Notes under the pieces: model-generated | What the model was told of the DNA's origin: nothing | Databases searched by the model: none | The model's input: the letters and a program-made list of their open reading frames with translations, nothing else | In this document: positions 57,594 to 64,000 of the stretch, piece by piece | How positions within the stretch are numbered: position 1 is the first letter of the stretch | Layout: every line of letters starts with the position of its first letter | Translations under genes and position numbers: made by a program | Source: Sumerlaeia bacterium | GTDB taxonomy: Bacteria > Sumerlaeota > Sumerlaeia > SLMS01 > JAHLLQ01 | Direction of reading: 5' to 3' | NCBI GenBank assembly: GCA_040219255.1 | Contig: JAVJSW010000068.1 | Location: 273,800-337,799 of the forward strand | Length of the DNA: 64,000 nucleotides

Positions 57594-58451
57594 ATGCCCC
57601 TGCCCCACCTCCTCGCCAACCTTATCCTCTGCCTCGGCGCCTTGGCCGGCGGAGCGGTCCTCTGGCGCCGTGGCAAGAAGGCCGCCACCGCCGGGCTGAT
57701 CGCAGCCGCCGTCCTGGGGGCGTTGGCTTGGGTGGTCTGGTGGAGGCCCGATCTGTTCGTGCGGGCCGTGCCGGTTTCCGGGGCGATTTTCTATTCCAAC
57801 CTGTTTCTGTACGCGGCGGCGCTTGGCGGTCCGTGCGCGCTGGCGTTCGCGAAATCGCGGGGGCATGCGGTGCGGATTGGGGTGCTGGCGGGGGTGATGG
57901 TGCTGCTGCCCTGGTGGGAGGTGCGCTGGTTCTGGCAGCCCCCGGCCCGCAGCGCCACAACCCTGGTCGACGCCGACGGCATCGTGCGCCAGACGAGCAC
58001 GGACACGTGCAGCGCGGCGGCGGGGGCGACGCTCCTGGGCCTGCATGGCGTGGAGGCAACGGAGGCCGATGTCGCGGCGCTCGCGCTCACCAAGGAGCGC
58101 CGTGGCACGCGGTCGCTGGGGCTGTACCGGGGGTTGAAAATCGCGGTGGATGGCGACCCGCTCCGGGTGCGTTACCGGCGGATTTCCGGAGGCGATTTGC
58201 TCGGCCAGGGCCTGCCCGCGATCACGGCGGTGGGGTTGCCGAAACGCGGCCTGACGGCAGAGCAGCGGGCCTTCGCCGACACCTATTCCTGGGAGCCGGG
58301 CGTCTGGCACGACGTGCTGGTGAAGGGACCGGACCCGGAACGCGCGGGCCGGGTGTTGGTGGCGGACCCGGATTTCGGCCTGGAAAGCTGGCCCCGCGAG
58401 CACTTCGACGCCCTCTATCAGGGCTTCGCGATCTGGCTTGAGCCCAAGTAA
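57594..58451 (+). CDS. Membrane-anchored peptidase C39-like protein
   Basis: Four N-terminal TM helices; RQTSTDTCSAAA (Q..C), WHDVLV (H) and VADPDFG (D). Confidence 0.8.
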   Translation: MPLPHLLANLILCLGALAGGAVLWRRGKKAATAGLIAAAVLGALAWVVWWRPDLFVRAVPVSGAIFYSNLFLYAAALGGPCALAFAKSRGHAVRIGVLAGVMVLLPWWEVRWFWQPPARSATTLVDADGIVRQTSTDTCSAAAGATLLGLHGVEATEADVAALALTKERRGTRSLGLYRGLKIAVDGDPLRVRYRRISGGDLLGQGLPAITAVGLPKRGLTAEQRAFADTYSWEPGVWHDVLVKGPDPERAGRVLVADPDFGLESWPREHFDALYQGFAIWLEPK

Positions 58452-58461
58452 CCTCAGCTTT

Positions 58462-60462
58462 CTAAAGCCCCGCCTTCGCCGCCTTCAGGGCTTCCAGTTC
58501 TTCCGAAAGACGCTCCAGCGCGCCGGGGCCGAAGCGGTCGGCGAGGGCTTTGGCGTAGCGTTCCGTCGCGGCGGCGTCGGCGCGTTCCCGGGCGATCAGA
58601 ACCCGCGCCACCAGGATTTCCAGGGGCTCGTCGGGCCGTTCGTTGGCCAGCAGTTGGGCGGCGGCTTCCACGCGGCCGAGGCGAATTTGAGCGATGGCCG
58701 CCAAGCCCGCCGCCTTGCCATTGTTCGGATCGCGCTCAAGCGCCTCGCGGAAATGGCCGACCGCTTCGGCGGGGGCGCCTCGTTCGTAGAGCGCGATGAC
58801 GCCCAGGTTCACATGCGGACCGGGGTTGGTGGGCATGCGCTCCGCCGCATCCCGATAAGCCGCCGCCGCGCCGTCGAACTGACCGAGTCCGTAGAGCGCC
58901 TGGGCCCGGAGCTGCGGCGCCGTCGGATAACCGGGCCGTTCGCGCTCCACATCCTCGGCGAAGGCCAGGGCGTTTTCGTACTCGCCGAGGCGGTACGAAG
59001 CGTTGCTGAGCCGTTCGAATTCCGCGAAGCGCATGTTCTCGCTGCGGACGCCGTTCCAGTCGCCCCAGCTCATCGCCAGGCCCACGACCACCAGCGCGGC
59101 CCAGGCGCCGAAGCGGGGCCAGGCCTTGGCCCGCGCGTGCTCCACCGCCAGCGCCAACCCCGCCGCGCCCAGCAGCACCGCGGGGAACATCAGCGGCATC
59201 CGCATCCGGCCGCTCGTGTAGTACAACCCGATGGCGCCGCCGAGCAGCGCCGCGTAAAGCCACAGCCCGCCGGCCAAACGCCGCCTCCCACGGCCCAGAT
59301 TCCACAGCACCGCCAGCGACCCCAGCGCCATCGGCCACAGCCACCCGAAGCGCCCCGGCAGCAGGCGCAGCAGGAGCGAGCGCTCGCGCTGGACGGTGTA
59401 ATCCTCGAAGTTGAAAATCTCGCGGTCGCTCGTCAGCTCCAGGGCCTTGCGCAGCATCAGGCCGAGCCAGCGTGGCGGATCGTCGGCGATTTCCCGCGTC
59501 GCGCGGTCGAACCAGTAATCGTTCACCGCCCCATAGCGGATTCGGTCGTCCTCCGGCCCGCGAACCGCGCCGGCCCGCACGCCCTCCAGATAGCCCCGCA
59601 CGGCAAGGGATTGGGTCGGATTTCCGACGGCGGCGCCGGCGACGATACTGGATTGGAGGAAGTAACGGCCATTGGCACCTTCGGTGTTCGCATAGTAGAA
59701 ACTGTAGCCCCCCTGCCACGGCAGCACCAGCGCTTCGCCACTGACCGCCACATTCCGCGCCATCGTCAGCACCAGCGCCATCGCCGGAAACGCCAGGAAA
59801 ACCCCGGCCCGCTCCAAGGCGCGCCGGCTCTTGGCGCGGTCGCGCCACTTCCACAGCCGCGCCCCCGCCAGCCACGCCGCCAGGAACGGCAGCACCGGCA
59901 GCACCGTGGGCCGCGTCAGGATCGCCAGCGCCGCCAACCCCCCGGCCCACAGAACCCAGCGCCGGCGGTCCGGGTCGAGCTTGGCTCGCAACAGCGCCCA
60001 GACCATGGCGCTCTGGAAAAACAGGGCGAAGAAATCGAGGATCAGGCGGTTCTCCAGCCGCACCATCGGCGCGTACACGGCCACCAGAGCCCCCGCCAGC
60101 GCCGCCGCCCAGCCCACGCCGCTCCGGTGCCCAAGCACCCGCCGCACCCCGTCCACCGCCAGCGCCGCCAGCAGCGCCCCCGCCACGTGCTGAATCAGCC
60201 GCGCGAGCCACAGATACGCATCGCCCGCGAAAACCATCGTCGCCGCCAGGAAAATCAGATAGAACGGAGCCTTGAACAACGGCCCCGGCCCAAAGCCATC
60301 GCCCCTCAGCAGCGCGTTCGCGTCCTCCACCGCGTCGGCGGCGTCCTGCAGCGGCACGTAAAACAGCGGCGAAGTGGCGCTCTGTTCGTAGAGGTAGATC
60401 AGACGCGGCAGCAGCGCCACGGCGAACCAGAACCAGGGGCGTTGCCAGAGGGGGAGTTTCAT
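58462..60462 (-). CDS. GT-C (ArnT/PMT-like) membrane glycosyltransferase with C-terminal TPRs
   Basis: PLQDA..D, FKAPFY, LTRPT, RNVAVSGE, FYYAN and RMRMP, followed by TPRs. Confidence 0.85.
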   Translation of the reverse strand: MKLPLWQRPWFWFAVALLPRLIYLYEQSATSPLFYVPLQDAADAVEDANALLRGDGFGPGPLFKAPFYLIFLAATMVFAGDAYLWLARLIQHVAGALLAALAVDGVRRVLGHRSGVGWAAALAGALVAVYAPMVRLENRLILDFFALFFQSAMVWALLRAKLDPDRRRWVLWAGGLAALAILTRPTVLPVLPFLAAWLAGARLWKWRDRAKSRRALERAGVFLAFPAMALVLTMARNVAVSGEALVLPWQGGYSFYYANTEGANGRYFLQSSIVAGAAVGNPTQSLAVRGYLEGVRAGAVRGPEDDRIRYGAVNDYWFDRATREIADDPPRWLGLMLRKALELTSDREIFNFEDYTVQRERSLLLRLLPGRFGWLWPMALGSLAVLWNLGRGRRRLAGGLWLYAALLGGAIGLYYTSGRMRMPLMFPAVLLGAAGLALAVEHARAKAWPRFGAWAALVVVGLAMSWGDWNGVRSENMRFAEFERLSNASYRLGEYENALAFAEDVERERPGYPTAPQLRAQALYGLGQFDGAAAAYRDAAERMPTNPGPHVNLGVIALYERGAPAEAVGHFREALERDPNNGKAAGLAAIAQIRLGRVEAAAQLLANERPDEPLEILVARVLIARERADAAATERYAKALADRFGPGALERLSEELEALKAAKAGL

Positions 60463-60546
60463 GGAGGAAGGGCCGGGCGAAGAAAAACTGTCCATGCCCG
60501 CATCTGAAGACGATGCCGCCCGTGGCTCAAGCGAAACGCCGCGAGC

Positions 60547-62352
60547 GTGGCCAGCGAGGGCCCAACTCCCTATCCGGCCCCAATACGCTCTCTGCCTCGG
60601 TCCCCCCCTCAGGGCACCGACAGAAGGGCCAACGTAATCGCCGCCGAGTACCCGCGCAGACTCCTCGAAGAAGACCTCCAGGCCCCCGCCGCCAAAGAGA
60701 CCGCGAGTCTTTCCTCCCCTCAAGGGAACGCTCGACCGCCGTATCGAGAGGCCCTCGATCTGCTCGAAGTGCGCCGTTTCCGCTATGACGCGGGGACGGA
60801 GCGGATCGCGTCCTGGACCGGCGACGGGGGTTCGACGCAGAGTGTGACGCTGCATTATTACGGCCCCGGCTGGGAGACCCTGGCCGATGTGGGGGCCGAC
60901 TTCTCGCCCGCCAAGGTTTACGTGACGGTCGGCGGGATGGACAGCCAGGTGGCGATGCTAGTGCACGAGGGCGCGGGCCAATGGGCCGTCTATTACCTGG
61001 TGCGCGATCACCTGGGGTCGGTGGTGGCTTTGGTTGACGAAGCGGGCGAGGTGGTGGAAAGCTACCAGTACGCTCCCTATGGGGCGCCGCAGGTCTTTGA
61101 CAGCGCAGGAGTTACGGCGAGCACGGTGTCGCCCCTGGGCAACCGGATGCTCTATACGGGCCGGGAATGGGAACCGGCGCTGGGGTTCTATCACTATCGC
61201 TACCGGACGTACTCGCCCGAGGACCGGCGGTTTATGCAGGGCGACCCGATTGGGTTGGATGCGGGGTGGAACTCGTACGCCTATGTTGAAGGAAACCCTG
61301 TCAACTTTATCGATCCCGAAGGATTGATAGTCATTTGGGATCCGGGTCAGTGGAATCAGCCGTGGCGCGGAACGCGAACCTTTTTCACGGGCGGTGAAGG
61401 TACAGGAGGAGCCTTTGTCGAGGGTGCTGACGACGGATATCAAGGAATGTCGGTTGGTATCATCAACACCGTAGCCCCCTGGACGAACGATTACACGGAC
61501 AAGTGTAACCCCTATCAGCAGTTTGGCAGAGCCATCGGCGAAGCGACCATGGTCGCCGAACTGGCGCTGGCCGAAATGGTATTGACTGGTGGACCAAAGA
61601 GCGGACCAAAACCCAGGCCCAGACCGCGCTGTTCTCTCGAAGAAGGCACGCTGATCTTGACAGCCGAAGGGGAAGTCCCCATCGAGCAACTCCGCGAAGG
61701 AGACCTCGTTTGGGCTAGCGACCCTCTCCTCCCCGGAAACGAAGGGTGGCGAGAGGTCGTCGAAACGTACAATCGCCTGGCCTATGTGTACGACATCGCG
61801 ACGACGTCGGGCCAAATCCTGCTCTCCATCACGGACGACCACCCCGTCTGGATCGTTGACCGGGGATGGATCGAAGCCCCCTGGATTCATATCGGCGACC
61901 GACTTCTCAGCCAAGATGGAACGCTGATCGAAGTCGGGAGCGTCGCGCTCAGAGACGAACCGGCGCACGTCTTCAACTTGACAGTCGATGGCATCCCGAT
62001 GTACTTTGCGGGGGATGGGCTGGTTCTTGTTCATAATTGCAACCTTCCTCGATATGATGGACCCAAGCCAAAGTATCACGTCAATGATGCACATGTGCCT
62101 GGAAAAGGCCTCCGTGGCGGAAAGAAGACGCCACTACCCAAAGATGCTGAAGAGGCCTACAAACATGCCGTTCCTGACAGCGCGACGAATCCGAAGGCTT
62201 GGTATGCAAAAGGTAGGGATGGGAAAATCTATCGCTATTCCGATGCAAACAACGGAACAGCCCATTATAGCGGAACTTCAGGTGTTGGGGATGGGACTCG
62301 AAACATGACAAATTACGCAAAAGGTAGAATTGAACAGAGATGGCCACAATAG
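60547..62352 (+). CDS. Headless Rhs core with pretoxin HINT domain and C-terminal toxin
   Basis: YLVRDHLGSV, YQYAPYG, YTGREW, YRYRTYSP..RFMQGDPIG..NSYAYVEGNPVNFIDPEG; HINT domain CSLEEGT..TDDHP..VLVHN/C (61630-62037). Rhs-like sequence starts only near 60770. Confidence 0.88.
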   Translation: MASEGPTPYPAPIRSLPRSPPQGTDRRANVIAAEYPRRLLEEDLQAPAAKETASLSSPQGNARPPYREALDLLEVRRFRYDAGTERIASWTGDGGSTQSVTLHYYGPGWETLADVGADFSPAKVYVTVGGMDSQVAMLVHEGAGQWAVYYLVRDHLGSVVALVDEAGEVVESYQYAPYGAPQVFDSAGVTASTVSPLGNRMLYTGREWEPALGFYHYRYRTYSPEDRRFMQGDPIGLDAGWNSYAYVEGNPVNFIDPEGLIVIWDPGQWNQPWRGTRTFFTGGEGTGGAFVEGADDGYQGMSVGIINTVAPWTNDYTDKCNPYQQFGRAIGEATMVAELALAEMVLTGGPKSGPKPRPRPRCSLEEGTLILTAEGEVPIEQLREGDLVWASDPLLPGNEGWREVVETYNRLAYVYDIATTSGQILLSITDDHPVWIVDRGWIEAPWIHIGDRLLSQDGTLIEVGSVALRDEPAHVFNLTVDGIPMYFAGDGLVLVHNCNLPRYDGPKPKYHVNDAHVPGKGLRGGKKTPLPKDAEEAYKHAVPDSATNPKAWYAKGRDGKIYRYSDANNGTAHYSGTSGVGDGTRNMTNYAKGRIEQRWPQ

Positions 62353-62891
62353 TAGGCAGCGCCAAAGACTTTGCCATAGAGTTTGAATTTGTCTCTGCAT
62401 CTGGAGATTACAAATATGGAAAAATCGTTTTTCATGCAAAAGGTAGGGTTATTGGAGATTGGGATGACGAAACTGCACTGCTCAATGTGTCATGCGCGGA
62501 AGCCAAGGCATTCTTGAACCATTCTAACCAAAGATATGAACAGGAGTTCTCGTTCCTGGCTCCTGAAAGAGTTTTTGAATTGATTGTGGCAGATTTCTTT
62601 GACAAAATGCCATATGGCTTGGAAGAGCAATTCGGCTCCGAGAACACACAACGATACGCTGAAATGAGAGATCGTTTCCACCTAACAGGTGTCGGCTCTT
62701 ATTCCATGATGGATTTGTTGGAAGTAGCATGTTATAACAAGAATTCGGCCGAGCAAGTCCTAATCTGGAAATTTTGGGATCATGATGAAATCTTCCACGC
62801 CGAATACAGCTTGGGAACAATCGAAAGAGTCATTGCTGACTATTTGGAACAGCTGCGAATCATCGGCATAGACGTACCAGCCTTTTCTTGA
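62340..62891 (+). CDS. Cognate immunity protein (Imm42-like)
   Basis: Low GC; overlaps the toxin stop; IVGSAKDFAIEF..YGKIVF..G..IGD.D resembles the Imm42 N-terminus. Confidence 0.7.
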   Translation: MATIVGSAKDFAIEFEFVSASGDYKYGKIVFHAKGRVIGDWDDETALLNVSCAEAKAFLNHSNQRYEQEFSFLAPERVFELIVADFFDKMPYGLEEQFGSENTQRYAEMRDRFHLTGVGSYSMMDLLEVACYNKNSAEQVLIWKFWDHDEIFHAEYSLGTIERVIADYLEQLRIIGIDVPAFS

Positions 62892-63156
62892 GTTGGTTTT
62901 CAACACAGATTTTTTATAGGGATGAGGGCTGGCGAGTCTCAAAATGTAGGTCCACCCCATATCCTACCAGATTTGCACGATGACCCGTGAGTCAAATCGA
63001 GTCGAGAAGAATCAGGGGATGCGACGAAGAATTGACGAAGAGTTGATCGGCGCGTCCTCTGATAGCTGGCCGGTGCTGGCGGATGGAAAACCGCGGAACG
63101 CGCCAAAGGCCCCTTCAACGAAACGCTCTCCTTCGACGTACCGACCACCGGCACTC

Positions 63157-63399
63157 ACAATCAGCTTCGGGGGCGGGCGCGGGACTTGGAGGCGTCGGTG
63201 CTGCCGACGACGATGACGCTGCCGCTGGCGGGAACGTTCTCGCTCGACGAAATCGCCTATCCGGACTCGGTGCGGGTGACGGTGTCGGACGTTGACACGT
63301 CGGTGGTGCTGTGGTCGGGGGTGCCGGACTACGGAGCGCAGGGGGCTGCGGGCCAGCACCGGGTGATTTGGCAATGGACGCCCCGGCGAGCGACGCCCC
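63157..63399 (+). pseudogene. High-GC coding fragment, possibly from an Rhs/YD-repeat gene
   Basis: HNQLRGRARDLEASVLPTTMTLPLAGTFSLDEIAYPDSVRVTV reads as coding, has no proper start, and abuts the integrase stop. Confidence 0.35.
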
Positions 63400-64000
63400 T
63401 CAAAACTCCACCCGAAACGTCGGACTCTCCTCCGGCCGCTCCCCGCGCCGGTCGTACATTTTGGTGGTCGAGATATCCGCATGCCCCAGCCAGGCCTGCA
63501 CCCGGGCGATGTCGGCGCCGTGGTCGAGGGCGTTTGTCGCCGCCGTGGCCCGCAGGGCGTGGGGGCCGATGCCTGAGGCGGCGATGCCGGCTTCGCGGCA
63601 ATAGCGCGCGACGATTTCGCGGTGGACGCTGCCCGGTTCGAGCCCCCGCTCGAGGCCGCCCGGCGACGCGTTATTGACCACAGGCCGGAACAGCGCCCCG
63701 CCCGGGTCCTCGCCCCCACCCCCAGCGCTCCGTCCGGCCGCCTCCAGGTACTCGTGCACCAGGCGCCCCGTCGCCGGATGAAGCGGCACGTATCGCACCT
63801 TCACCCCCTTGCCGAAGACCCGCGGATGCGCCACCCCGCGCCGCGTCTCGATGTCGGCGACCCGCAGGCGGCACAGCTCCTCGCGCCGCAAGCCGTGATA
63901 GAGCAGCATCGACAAAATCGCCCGGTCGCGCTTGGCCTTGAGCGAGTCGCCCCGGGGCGCCGCCAGGAGCGCCCGCGCCTGGTCGTCGCCCAGCGCCAGG
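63400..64000 (-). CDS. Tyrosine recombinase (copy 2), 5' part outside the window
   Basis: Highly similar to 35863-36596; GLRR, HALR, LGH, KMYD and SPTFRVEF. Has a short in-frame insertion (RSAGGGG) and an L-to-P change. Confidence 0.9.
   Translation of the reverse strand, partial: LALGDDQARALLAAPRGDSLKAKRDRAILSMLLYHGLRREELCRLRVADIETRRGVAHPRVFGKGVKVRYVPLHPATGRLVHEYLEAAGRSAGGGGEDPGGALFRPVVNNASPGGLERGLEPGSVHREIVARYCREAGIAASGIGPHALRATAATNALDHGADIARVQAWLGHADISTTKMYDRRGERPEESPTFRVEF

Noticed and set aside
60547-60770. True N-terminus of the Rhs ORF
   Set aside because: Pro-rich, non-Rhs sequence in the upstream region of the divergent glycosyltransferase; probably an open frame by chance, so the module is treated as headless.

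Overview
This is a GC-rich bacterial chromosome segment. Secreted proteins ending in VEGWAVF-like or GVMVR-like tails and a dockerin-like DANRDGEVDSADVV motif suggest a Sumerlaeota/BRC1-like lineage (inference only). The housekeeping backbone includes tgt, a YicC-family gene, pilC, lepA, bioY, PBP1A, tRNA-Cys, three minor pilins, a Ser/Thr kinase, comEC and purC. Accessory features are: (i) a tandem pair of PF10127/RlaP-type nucleotidyltransferases followed by a ~1.6 kb mostly non-coding region holding two atypical tRNAs (a short-arm Leu-CAG, and an Asn-like tRNA with a 9-nt anticodon loop and C1:A72) and a ~160-nt rod hairpin; (ii) two paralogous beta-helix secreted proteins whose near-identical tails look like Ig A/B strands, directly upstream of a protein with three Ig-like repeats apparently lacking those strands (candidate strand-complementation scaffold); (iii) two headless Rhs toxin-immunity modules, each convergent on a highly similar tyrosine recombinase, one split by a 137-bp IS3-like mini element; (iv) a Panacea/Doc toxin-antitoxin pair; (v) dispersed REP/MITE-like repeats and several genes with internal low-GC blocks. 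All calls come from reading motifs by eye; no searches were run.
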